Shown here one piece after another: positions 50,507-62,474 of a stretch of DNA of 64,000 nucleotides. The translations under genes were made by a program, and so were the position numbers. The notes beneath the pieces are model-generated. The model was not told the origin of the DNA. It ran no database searches and saw nothing but the letters and a program-made list of their open reading frames with translations. The first letter of the stretch is position 1; each line of letters opens with the position of its first letter. The stretch comes from Haliotis cracherodii (lineage: Eukaryota). The stretch spans positions 5,270,001 through 5,334,000 of the forward strand of contig NW_027266282.1 in NCBI RefSeq assembly GCF_022045235.1, given 5' to 3'.

Positions 50507-51224
50507 TAGGGCTGGGACGGGTTACTCGGGTATTCGGGTTGGGTGGGTACTGAGTAGGACCCGGGGACCCACAGGACTACCCGAGACCCGTGGTTAGTCA
50601 CGTGAAATATTGTTTAAAGACAAACATTATCTCGAACTCTATGTTTAAACTTCAAGTCACTAATGTTCACAGTTCTTCCTGACTACTACGCCCATTCCTT
50701 CTGATATTTATAGGGGGCACGGGTGGCCCAGTCGTCTAAGGCGCCGCGATTCGCTGTGCAGAGTTGCGTCCCTTTGGCACGCCAGAAACCTATGATTGTG
50801 GGTTCGAATCCCGGTTCGCCCCAATTATGTTTCTAGGTTTGTCAGCACCATACCCGTGCTCGTGGGTTTCACCGAAGTGGTAAACGTCTGAGACCTGCAT
50901 CACTTCGGGCTTTCCTCCCACATTAAGCTGACACGCCGTGATATAACTGGAATAATGTTAAAAGCGGCGTTAAAACCCAACTCACTCACTCACTCACTCT
51001 GATATTTATATGTTTGAATAAAAATAAAACTTCAGTCAGTTCAAGTGTATTCACCAGATCGTTTTATACGTGTATCTAAACACATTTTGCCAGGGCTACG
51101 GTCAGACTTTTCTCATTTGGACAGTTTGTACCTTCCTCTTGAGACCTAAAGCTGGTATCCGGGTTGGGTCGGGTAATAGGGGGATGGGCACCCGGGGAGT
51201 AAATTTTGACTCGTCCCAGCCCTA
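50507..51224. mobile_element. hAT-type MITE hosting a family-C SINE
   Basis: TIR TAGGGCTGGGACG / CGTCCCAGCCCTA; degenerate 8-bp TSD CTTACGGG/CCTTCGGG; ACCCG/CGGGT subterminal motifs. Confidence 0.8.
50713..50997 (+). mobile_element. Family-C SINE, young full-length copy
   Basis: A/B boxes and (ACTC)n tail; 13-bp TSD TCTGATATTTATA. Confidence 0.94.
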
Positions 51225-51721
51225 CCTTCGGGACTGAACAAATTTAACATTCTCAGTAAAGGGATCTTGGATTAGACTTTTGAGATAGAATATTTTATTT
51301 TTGAACTGCTTTTTCAATAATAACCCGTTTTTCTTTCCAATGAAATATTTTAAGGGTAACAGAACAAACCATTCAGGACATTAAGGGAATACTTAAAATG
51401 TGTGTGTGAAAAATCTGAATTTATAAAACACACTTTTTAAAAAAGATTCCAGTGCTGATGATGTTAACACCCATCCCTTGAATCCCGAATACTACTTTAC
51501 ACAAATCTGAAAATCATTTAGAAAAGGGTGCGATTTTATTTACTGACAAACTATCGATAAAATACAAAATATGAAGGGAATTATTTTTCTTTTTAGATTT
51601 TGAAGCTGCGTACCAAATACATTTTTTTTTGCGTACCGTGTACCACACTATGAATTCCGAATACACTGAGTCTCTAAACTGACCCTGAATCCCACGTTCC
51701 CACGGGAGGTTAACAGCCTAA

Positions 51722-52590
51722 TGCCCCCCTTTCACTACGACCACGAATATCCCGAATCACTCCGAATCGGAAACTTTCGAAAATCGTGATAATTCGGCCA
51801 AATATGCAAACTTTTTGTGAGAATTGGTAGCAGGTGCGAAGCGGTTACGACAAACGTACGACGGAGTTACGAAAACTCGTGGCTAATTAGGTTGAAAAAT
51901 ATGAAGAATGCCAGGAATGGGTTAAGAAACATGTACGAATTACATAAGTCATGTACGGATCATGCACGCATTGTAAGAATCACCTACGACTAAGTTACGA
52001 ATATGCCGAATGCATGTACGAATGCAGGACGATTGCAACGAATAATATACGAGTAGATAGCGAAAATCGGTACTTTTCCTGATACTTCGGCATGTTCTTG
52101 GGTCCCGAAAGGCTGGTCAACCCATCATTTCCACCAAAGAGGTTCAACGGAGAGCGCGTGTTGCTCTGGTCCTGGTCCTTGAGGAATCGTGTTGTTCTTA
52201 CTTAATTCTTACATGATTCGTAGTTGACTCGGGACATCCGTGGCTGTTTCGGGATGTTTTCGGGTTGAGGACAAGAAATTTTGTGTGCCACGAATCGCTA
52301 AGAATAGTCAAGAATGCAAAAGAATCGATTACGAAGCTGTACGGAACATAACAATTAATTACGAAAGGATTACGATACAGCCACGAATTTGCAATTCGGG
52401 GACCCTTCCACGAAAGTTTTTGACAAACAAAAACTTTCTCGCCGATTCGACGAACTCCCGCGAACTGTACGAATGTTTGTGAATCAAATAAGATTCAATT
52501 AAGAACTTCAAGAAATGACTGAGATTTATCTACGAAAATTTACAATTCGGGGTGATTCGGGATATTCGTGGTCGTAGAGAAATGGGGACA
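51722..52590. mobile_element. PIF/Harbinger-type MITE
   Basis: TIR ...TTTCACTACGACCACGAATATCCCGAATCAC / GTGATTCGGGATATTCGTGGTCGTAGAGAAA; TAA TSD. Confidence 0.9.
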
Positions 52591-53357
52591 TAAGCACTGC
52601 ACATCCCGACACAAAATATAGTGTGTCGTATGTATAGTTAGACTTTATAGCTGTTGAAAATATTTACCTTCCCGTGCATGAAAATAGTCTCTACTGAATT
52701 TTCTCCCTTGTGCTTCGCTGACGGATGATTGGTACAAATTTCACATACCCCTCTTGGAAATGCCGAATTTCTAATGTGTCATCGAAACAAGACGCATATC
52801 AAATGCGGTTTAGCGAACTTAACCGAGCATTTCCGATGGTAATGCAAGGGAGATCACTGTGGATGTGGTTATGTCGTTAGACTGGTTTGTCTGTCTTAGA
52901 GCGCTTGCGCTCCTCGTCGCAACACAGCCGCTAGAAGACGAAGGGCAGGGTACCAGTCTTGCTATGTCGTCTGCTACCTGTCAGGATGTCCGTGAAACTA
53001 TTCGATACCCGGCCCATAGAATGAAAACGTTTTCTATGAACGAAAATTATGCCGGTAAGATAAATATTTTGTCAACCGGTTCCTCGGGGTACCGCAAATC
53101 ATTGAATAGACGGTGGACGTCTATTTAGGCCCTACTAGTATTTCAGAGACGCCTTAGGTTTATACGCCCAGGCGTCTAGCCTGTTTATGACAGGCATCTA
53201 CTGTTTGATTACGGTCAACACTATGAAGATATGAAACGTATGTATTTTGCATTTGTATGATAACGACTTTCGTTTCAAAATCACTTTTTGAGTACCTAAA
53301 GGAATAGCTATCATTTAAATAGTAAGAACATCCTCACCCCCCGGTACTCTGACATAG

Positions 53358-53563
53358 TTGGTTGGTTGGTTGGTTTGTCGTTTTACGCCGCACTCAGCAA
53401 TATTCCAGCTATATGACGGCGGTCTGTAAATAATCGAGTCTGGACCAGACAATCCAGTGATTGATATCATGAGCATCGATCCTCACAATTGGGATCGATG
53501 ACATGCATCAACCAAGTCAGCAAGCCTGACCATCCGATCCCGTTAGTCGCCTCTTACGACAAG
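53358..53563 (-). mobile_element. Family-A retroposon, 5'-truncated at the hairpin
   Basis: Reverse-complement match with an (AACC)n tail. Confidence 0.88.
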
Positions 53564-55498
53564 AATAGATCTATATGTATTGAATAAACACGATAGGCCA
53601 GAGGACCATGTAACTACTACTAATAAAAAAACAGACTCGCAGACGAGACCTCGTCCACGAATTTTTGTGTGAGTTTGTTCATTATTATTATTATGAGTTA
53701 GATCTACATTGTCCTGTGGATAGGCCTTTAGATATTAATACTAATACGTAATTTTATGTACATAGAGAATCTCATCCGATTGTCTTTTGATATATAATAT
53801 ATCAACACGAGTTTATAAAAGTAGAAAAAGTCCGAGGGTTGCCGAGGAGTTTTTCCACTTTCATCAACGAGTGTTGATATATTTGATATCAAAAGACACT
53901 CGGGTGAGATTTTATTTATCATCCAACATCATTCTTCCAATTTTTTCAGTTTGTAGACAGTAATAAGCAGTGTCGTAAGAGTAAAAAGGACGTCATGGTA
54001 ACCAATGAGGTCACAATGGTCTGCAAAGCATTGTGAGGCAATTTTATTGCAGCCATATCTACAATAGCGATATCTCTTGTGCGGTCCAGTTTTGGATGAT
54101 AAAATGTAATAGTCAATAGATACTCATCACACTCACATAGAAAATATATCAATATTTAGTTGTTGTTTTTTACGCCACAGTTACGCAATAGGCCAGCTAT
54201 TTCACACCCTGTATGTTTGGTTACATAAATATTGTGGACCACTGCACACTTATTCTTCTTTGCATTACTTTTTGTGCCCTAAAACTGAGTATAAAGTCAC
54301 TTATTGTCGTGTCATGGTGATACCTTCTCAGAAACAATTAATGGATAACATAATTGCGTTCATGGGTAACTATGTATTCATGAATTGACATATGTCCTGC
54401 CTGTATTAGCACAGCCAAGAGTGAGGCTATTGTGCAAAACTAGGTCTGCATGCAATTCACATCCAGGTCAGTCGCAAGCCTTCACTAGAAATGCACTTTC
54501 CCCGAGAATCCAGGTTTAGTATTTGGCATAGTGACAAAAGAATTCTTGCGACACCAACATATGGCGGGATTGCACAAACGGGTTTTCTTTGATATTCGAC
54601 TCTGAACCAAACTAAATTAGCTTGTACATTATGTCAACATTTTCATCCATGGACTGAGAGAGAATATACCTTTACCAACCATGGATGATCTATAACATGA
54701 TGGGATGTACTTTTATTCTGGGACCACTACAGGTTAGTATTAGGATATAATAATACAATTACGTGTACGTCAATACAGAAGTCTGTGTCAGATTTAAAGC
54801 CACGGTTGTGGACACGAGCCCCCTCTGTATTTAAATCATGGATTGGTCGTGTTCACTGGCGTAGTTCTATATACTTATATGTGTTTGGTGTCGAAATTGG
54901 TGCTATTCGCAATTCTTCTGCATAAATGAGGCAGGTGTTGACCTACGTTTTTCTTTAAAAAAATAATTCGAGCACAAAAAGGTAAACTCCATAAGAGAAA
55001 ATATAACCATAAAAACCCTTAAAGTTAAAGTTAAGTGTAGTGTTTGATAATCATTCCAGGCACCAACAGGCGTTGTGGATACCACATTGGTCAATTCAAA
55101 TGAGGTCATCGTATTAATGATCGTATTTAAATTAATGATTAAATTAAATGCCCATTGTAGAACTATTGATACGTTCTTCAACATTTACTGTAAATACTTA
55201 CCGGATATCTTCTACTAGGGAAACAGACAGATTGTTTTCTTATATATAATTTATTCGTTCTTAGATGAACATTTAAAGAGGTAAACATTGAAAACCAGTT
55301 TTAAAGAATTCGCACACGCAACGTATCCGTTTATAATGTGTATGCTACTCACTAGGAACTGATGAACTTATTATAAAGTTATCAATTATATGGGGTCTAT
55401 GTAATACGCGGGGAAACAAGAGTAGACTACCATAGATACACTGTTACTGTTAAACCCCGTTAGTTCGGACTCCGATAGTGAGGAAACACACATACCTG

Positions 55499-55502
<4 letters not shown>

Positions 55503-55572
<70 letters not shown>
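55503..55572. repeat. (CA)n microsatellite
   Basis: About 34 CA units. Confidence 0.98.
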
Positions 55573-55574
<2 letters not shown>

Positions 55575-56301
55575 TATTCAACATTCTGTAGGGATGTTAT
55601 TGAACATCATCGCCTTATATTTTAAATATTTGATTTCAACTACACAATATTTAACAGTAACAGTGTTGATAAACTTGAAATACACGAAGTGTTGTTCACA
55701 GTTATCTCCCTTATGTGATCAACCAGGAAGTTCATAAAAATGAGTAAACTGGTGATCTGACCCCAGCAGTTTTATTATTCCGCTTATCTATTGTGACCGT
55801 CATAATGTACTCGTTTCCTGTCGCTTCCGATGGTGACATAAAACATGATGCCACATTTAAAATTAACGGAATTGAAAGCCTTTGAAGGGCTTTGATATCA
55901 AATTACGTTAAAACAATCATAACACAGTGTGTAATAGATACAAAAATAGTTGTCTTTTTAGTCTTGGGTGTTTTAGGCGTGATTTAGGATGTTCAGTGCA
56001 TGTTCATACAGCATGAAGACATTCTGTCACTGCACTCCCAGAATCCGCAAATTGTATTCATCGATATTGGGCAAACGGATAAGGCATGACACAATAGTAT
56101 ATAACGCTTGTTTCATTACACGGATCAGTTATAAATAACAACGCAAAGTTTACGTGTTTAAGTCTTCCAATTTAAAATGTGTAGATATTGTGATAAAAAT
56201 AGATCCGCCGAATCAGAATTTACGATAAAACGTAAAGACATTAGCGAGCCTGTCAGTTGATCTGCAGTAGGGGAGAGAACGCTCTGGCAGTCGCTGTACA
56301 C

Positions 56302-56391
56302 ATGGCAGGGAGATGTAACAGGCCGCCGTCCTTCAGAAGAGTAGGTCTCAACATGAAGGACCTGTGCTGCTGTTTCTGGTCAGGATATCAG
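56302..56391 (+). CDS. Death-domain-only gene copy 1, exon 1 (MAGRCNRPPSFRRVGLNMKDLCCCFWSGYQ)
   Basis: ATG and a phase-0 CAG|GTAGGT donor at the same position in all three units; frame preserved through in-frame indels. Confidence 0.65.
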
Positions 56392-56871
56392 GTAGGTCAC
56401 TCCACCTGCCGCTATATATCCTCAATTTCTTTTGTTAATCTAGTTTATTCCGTCCGTCATAACTCCCATCCCGTTAACATCCTTAATTTCTGCGGTTAAT
56501 TTACTTTGTTTCGTCCGTCGTAATTCCTATCCCAAATCAGCATTATCAAGTGATAATGAGTAGCTCTGAAGTAAATAGTTTTCAATCACAAATTATTTGT
56601 GTTTGGAATTTGAATGTACATGTCTTTACCCATCGAAGGCCAAGCATGATAAATATTTCAAGGAATGAATCTATTTTATTTATGACTTCATATTTTAAAT
56701 ACATTTTATTTCCTAATCCCTACAGACGCATATCGATACAAATTGATCTGACAATACACTTATTTATTCCCCATAGAAGTTGAACGTTATACTTTTGGCG
56801 CCAATAAAACTACTGATATTCTATCTACTCATGTCACATGTTGAACTCGCTGTTTCTCCCACTGTCGCCAG

Positions 56872-57210
56872 CTGGTGCCACCAGACGAGGACCTGGAGGA
56901 CGAGGACCGCCTGACAGAAGATGAAAGAAGGTCCTGTGTGTCCGAGAGGGCACTAATGCAGGTGTCCCAACACATTGGTGGGGGTTTCCAGGTCCTGGGA
57001 CTGAGACTGGGCCTTTCGTATGTCAGTGTGGAGAGATGCACGCTGTCACAGTCATCACCTCAGATGCAGATATTCGTCATGTTAAACACGTGGAGACAAC
57101 TGAAGGGCAGACAAGCGACTGTTGAAGTACTGGTTCAAGCTCTGTCCGACAGCATGTCTGTCTGCACGGTAGACATGCCTCATGTGTACAGTGTGATCCG
57201 TGAAATGTAA
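56872..57210 (+). CDS. Death-domain-only gene copy 1, exon 2 (CRADD/RAIDD-like death domain)
   Basis: TTTCTCCCACTGTCGCCAG acceptor; SERALMQVSQHIG...LGLRLGLS...MLNTWRQLKGRQATVEVLVQAL death-fold pattern; TAA stop; AATAAA at 57455. Confidence 0.88.
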   Translation: MVPPDEDLEDEDRLTEDERRSCVSERALMQVSQHIGGGFQVLGLRLGLSYVSVERCTLSQSSPQMQIFVMLNTWRQLKGRQATVEVLVQALSDSMSVCTVDMPHVYSVIREM

Positions 57211-57876
57211 AACTACCAAAGACTGACACCATATACTCATGTGAAAGAAAGAAACTTCAGCTGCCTGTGATATTTAAATGCTTTCAAGAATGTTTCTTTG
57301 ACATGGCTTCATGTGTGCAGCTCTTTGGATAAAACGATAACTCGCCTGATGATTTCATTATTGTAATAATGATCATGTACCCCTCCTCGGATTTTAAACC
57401 TTTTATTTCTTCTCTGCTGTGTTAACATTGGATATTTTATGAATCTGTTATCCTAATAAAACCTCAAAGTACAACAATACTACTTTCTTGTGATTTTTTT
57501 AATAACTGTTTTTGAAAGAATGACAGCATGCCTTTCTGCGCGGTAAACATACCGCTTGTATACAGGGTGATCCGTGAAGTGTAACATTACCGAAGTATAA
57601 AATGAAAACGTATCGCACTCTGTGTGTAAACGTGATACCAACTGTGTCTGCCCAGGTTGATCTGCTTACTGACCATTTAACGGATCACTTATAAATATCA
57701 GAAAAAAAGTTAACCTGTTTAAATTTTCCAGTTTTATATGTACATGTACACATTGTGAAATCAATAGATCCCTCGATTCAGGTATTGCCATTTACCTTAA
57801 ATGACATAAAGATATTAGAGGGCCTGTCAGTTGGTCTGCAGTCGGGTGGAGAGAACACTCCCGGAGTCCTATACTC

Positions 57877-57966
57877 ATGGCAGGCAGAAGATGTAACAGG
57901 TCAACCTTCGGAAGAATATGCCTCAACACGATGAACCTGTGTTGCTGTGTCTGGACGGGATATCAG
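57877..57966 (+). CDS. Death-domain-only gene copy 2, exon 1 (MAGRRCNRSTFGRICLNTMNLCCCVWTGYQ)
   Basis: Paralogous to copy 1; weaker GTTGGT donor. Confidence 0.6.
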
Positions 57967-58424
57967 GTTGGTCACTCCACCTGCCGCTATATGTCCTCAG
58001 TTTCTGTGGTTAATTTACTTTGTTTCGTCCGTCGTAATTCCTATCCCAAAACAGCTCCCCCAAATTGAGTTGATCCATTTATAAAGTGATAATGAGTAGC
58101 CCTGAAATAAACAGATTTCAATCACATTTCATCTATGTTTGTAATTTGAATGTATATACCCATCGAAGGCCAAGCATGATACATATTTCAAGGAATGAAT
58201 CTGTATCATTTATAACTTCATTTTTTAAATACCCTTTTCTTCCCAATCCCTACAAACATATCGCCTTTACCAATGTCACTTTGTGTATCGATACATATTG
58301 ATCTGACAATACACTTACTTATTCCCCATAGATGTTGAACGTTACTTTTGGCGCCAATAAAACTACTGATATTCTATCTACTCATGTCACATGCTGAACT
58401 CGCTGTTTCTCCCACTGTCGCCAG

Positions 58425-58763
58425 CTGGTGCCACCAGACGAGGACCTGGAGGACGAGGACCGCCTGACAGAAGATGAAAGAAGGTCCTGTGTGTCTGAGA
58501 GGGCACTAATGCAGGTGTCCCAACACATTGGTGGGGGTTTCCAGGTCCTGGGACTGAGACTGGGCCTTTCGTATGTCAGTGTGGAGAGATGCACGCTGTC
58601 ACAGTCATCACCTCAGATGCAGATATTCGTCATGTTAAACACGTGGAGACAACTGAAGGGCAGACAAGCGACTGTTGAAGTACTGGTTCAAGCTCTGTCC
58701 GACAGCATGTCTGTCTGCACGGTAGACATGCCTCGTGTGTACAGTGTGATCCGTGAAATGTAA
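58425..58763 (+). CDS. Death-domain-only gene copy 2, exon 2
   Basis: Near-identical to copy 1 exon 2; intact acceptor, stop and AATAAA. Confidence 0.88.
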   Translation: MVPPDEDLEDEDRLTEDERRSCVSERALMQVSQHIGGGFQVLGLRLGLSYVSVERCTLSQSSPQMQIFVMLNTWRQLKGRQATVEVLVQALSDSMSVCTVDMPRVYSVIREM

Positions 58764-59419
58764 AACTACCAAAGACTGACACCATATACTCATGTGGCAG
58801 AAAGAAAATTCAGCTGCCTATGATATTTAAATGCTTTCAAGAATGTTTCTTTGACATGGCTTCATGTGTGCAGCTCTTCGGATAAAACGATAACTCGCCT
58901 GATGATTCTATTATTGTAATAATGTTTATGTACCCCTCCTTGGATTTTAAACCCTTTATTTCCTCTCTGCTGTGTAAACATTGGATATGTTATGGAGCTG
59001 TAATCCTAATAAAACGTCAAAGTACAACAATACTACTTTCTTGTGAGTTTTTTAGAACTGTTTTGGAAAAAAAGACAGCATGCCTTTCTGCACGGTAAAC
59101 ATACCGCCTGTATACAGGGTGATCCGTGAACTGTAACATTACCGAAGTATAAAATGAAAACGTATCTCACTCTGTGTGTAAACGTGATACCAACTGTGTC
59201 TGTCCAGGTTGATCTGCTTACTGACCATTTAACGGATCACTTATAAATAACAGTACAAAGTTACCTGTTTAACTTTTCCAGTTTTATATGCACATGGTCA
59301 AATTGTGAAACCAAAAGATCCGTCGATTCAGGTATTGCGATTTATGACGGAGAGTTATTACTGGGCCTGTCAGATGATCTGTAGTCGGGTGGAGAGCACG
59401 CTCCCGGAGTCCTATACTC

Positions 59420-59512
59420 ATGGCAGGCAGAAGATGTAACAGGTTGTCAACCTTCGGAAGAATATGCCTCAACACGATGAACCTGTATTGCTGTGTCTGG
59501 TCAGGATATCAG
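59420..59512 (+). CDS. Death-domain-only gene copy 3, exon 1 (MAGRRCNRLSTFGRICLNTMNLYCCVWSGYQ)
   Basis: Paralogous; GTAGGT donor, phase 0. Confidence 0.63.
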
Positions 59513-59970
59513 GTAGGTCACTCCACCTGCCGCTATATGTCCTCAATTTCTGTGGTTAATTTACTTTGTTTCGTCCGTCGTAATTCCTATCCCAAAACAG
59601 CTCCCCCAAGTTGAGTTGATCCATTTATAAAGTGATAATAAGTAGCCCTGAAATAACCAGTTTTCAATCACATTTCATCTATGTTTGGTATTTGAATGTA
59701 TATACCCATCGAAGGTAAAGTATGATAAATATTTCAAGGAATGAATCTATATCATTTATAAATTCATTTTTAAAATACCCTTTTCTTCCCAATCCCTACA
59801 AACATATCGCCTTTACCAATGTCACTTTGTGTATCGATACATATTGATCTGACAATACTTTAATTTATTCCCCATCGAAGTTGAACGTTACTTTTGGCGC
59901 AAATAAAACTACTGATATTCTATCTACTCATGTCACATGCTGAACTCGCTGTTTCTCCCACTGTCGCCAG

Positions 59971-60309
59971 CTGGTGCCACCAGACGAGGACCTGGAGGAC
60001 GAGGACCGCCTGACAGAAGATGAAAGAAGGTCCTGTGTGTCTGAGAGGGCACTAATGCAGGTGTCCCAACACATTGGTGGGGCTTTCCAGGTCCTGGGAC
60101 TGAGACTGGGCCTTTCGTATGTCAGTGTGGAGAGATGCACGCTGTCACAGTCATCACCTCAGATGCAGATATTCGTCATGTTAAACACGTGGAGACAACT
60201 GAAGGGCAGACAAGCGACTGTTAAAGTACTGGTTCAAGCTCTGTCCGACAGCATGTCTGTCTGCACGGTAGACATGCCTCGTGTGTACAGGGTGATCCGT
60301 GAAATGTAA
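59971..60309 (+). CDS. Death-domain-only gene copy 3, exon 2
   Basis: Intact death domain with three amino-acid changes versus copy 2. Confidence 0.88.
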   Translation: MVPPDEDLEDEDRLTEDERRSCVSERALMQVSQHIGGAFQVLGLRLGLSYVSVERCTLSQSSPQMQIFVMLNTWRQLKGRQATVKVLVQALSDSMSVCTVDMPRVYRVIREM

Positions 60310-60889
60310 CACTACCAAAGATCATATACTCATGTGGCAGAAAGAAACTTCAGATATATTACATATTCTAACCAGGTAGTCTGTATATATCTTAGTATAG
60401 TGTCCCTGCTTTAACGAATGTTTCCCTAACATGGACTACATGTGTGCAGCAGTTTCGTTATAACGATAACTCACTTGAATATTTTTGTCATTGTAAACAA
60501 TTATTCATGTACTTCTGCGTGGATTATGAACTCTTTATTTCTTCTATACTTTGAAAACATTGGATATATTATGAAACGCTAATCTTAGTAAAACGTTAAA
60601 AGGATTACAATATGCAGATTATCTTGACTTTTCTATTACTGTTCTGGAAAGACTGATCCTTGAAATGTACAGTTGGAGAGGGTGAATGAATTATTGGAGC
60701 AAGCCCTGCCCCACAGCATTCCTGTCTGCGTGATGGACCTGCCTCATCTATAAACAAGGCAACATCGATATTGGCTGAAAATATTCAGTCAATATACTTA
60801 TTAATTTAATCTCATTTTAATCTGGATCTATTTTGCTCGTACAATTTGAGTAAGCAGTTTACACAATATATTGGAAGCAATCTGATGTC

Positions 60890-61130
60890 ATCTCGGGGCC
60901 AGATCGACCTGGTCGACAGGTAGCCAATGGTTAAGGGCTCGTACAAGTGGATAGTGTATATCAGGACTATCTCACGAAGTATTGTGTATTGCGTCCACTG
61001 ACATCTGAAGGTGCTGCGGGGGGAGGGCTGATGGGCAGTTTATTATTGCATGGTCCACCTCGGATTTTGCAGAGTGATAATGGTAGTAAATTGACTTCAA
61101 CTGTTATCACTGAGCTCAAGTGCCAATGGT
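60890..61130 (+). pseudogene. rve-type integrase remnant (SCAND3/KRBA2/Ginger-like transposon)
   Basis: QIDLVD...YQDYLTKYCVLRPLTS...GPPRILQSDNG motifs, with a stop and a frameshift. Confidence 0.78.
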
Positions 61131-61167
61131 CATATACATATTGCATGATTATAGACACTGACTAATA

Positions 61168-61512
61168 TATACAGGATGATCCGTGAAATGTAACATTACC
61201 CAAGACAACGGGACTATGTACCCCTATGTGGGACATGCAGCTCCCTGAGATGTTTTACATACTTTAACGATTGATTGCTTAAGATGGACTTCATGTGTGC
61301 GGTACTTTGGTGAGATAGATAGCTCACTTGATTCCATTATTGTAACAATGTTGATGTACCCCTACTTGGATATAGAACCCTTTATTTCTTCTATACTGTG
61401 TAAACATTGAGTATGTTATGAAGCTGTAATCGTAATAAAACCTTAAACTATTACTATATGACGATTATTTGAATTTCTATTACTGATTGGAAAGAATGAT
61501 CCGTGAAATGTA
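61168..61512 (+). pseudogene. Relic fourth death-domain unit (last codons plus 3' UTR only)
   Basis: TACAGGATGATCCGTGAAATGTAA followed by sequence alignable to the 3' UTRs of copies 1-3, including AATAAA. Confidence 0.7.
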
Positions 61513-62474
61513 AAATGCAGCTGGAAATGGCGAATGTGATTTCCACTGCACATCTTTCACAACTCGAGCTTATCAGCGAGAGAAATTCTGTGTAAAGTTA
61601 GTGATGTGGGAGACGGATATAGCTATGTTGGTGAATAGGTCTAGGATATATATAATCATAGAAATGATGTATGATACACTGGATAATTGAGGATCTGGAT
61701 CATAATGATGTGTTGAATATGAACGTTTCCCTTATTAGAAACAGATAACATTCTGACATTGAATATTGACAAACTGAGATATTATCGACGTTATGCAAGA
61801 TTAACTTAATTCTAAATTGAAATGACAAATTGCGGATTACAACACCAGGCACTCAAGCTATATTTCTCCAATATTCGCTAAATAGAAATTGATGAGACAA
61901 ATGCTTCTTTACGTCATATATTTATAACAGTACGGACCACCGATGGTTCTGTTGCTGGCAAACTCCTAGGTCAGTAGCCCTGGCGTTTTGATTGGCTGAA
62001 AGATACAACGGACATCTACGTCCTGATCGGGCAAGATCGTAAACGGTTTGTGTTTTTTGCGGAATCTGTATTTCAATTTACTAATTACAGACTGTGACAC
62101 ATGTGTATTGACTGCATGTGATAAATAGCCTTGTACCAGTATGAACCATGTTATTTGTCATGGTGTATAGACAACGCATTATTGTTTGGACACCGAACGA
62201 TGCCATAACATATGTTTTCATAGTTGTATGAGTCACACACACACACACACACGCACGCACGCACGCGCGCGCGCGCGGACTGTGACCCCTTATTATTTAT
62301 TAATAATATAAAAACATATTTTGTTTTGAATGTAATTTTGTTGTTGATTCTGAATCATATGTAGTGTTCAAATTGACAAATACTTGTATGTTATGTATTG
62401 AAATGAAATCCGTATATTTATTTAACATTACAATATATCTGCAGGAGGTAACACTCAGATACTTGGGATTGGCG

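Noticed and set aside
56829-60140. Three 70-aa minus-strand ORFs (MHLSTLTYERPS...)
   Set aside because: Antisense shadows of the death-domain exons.
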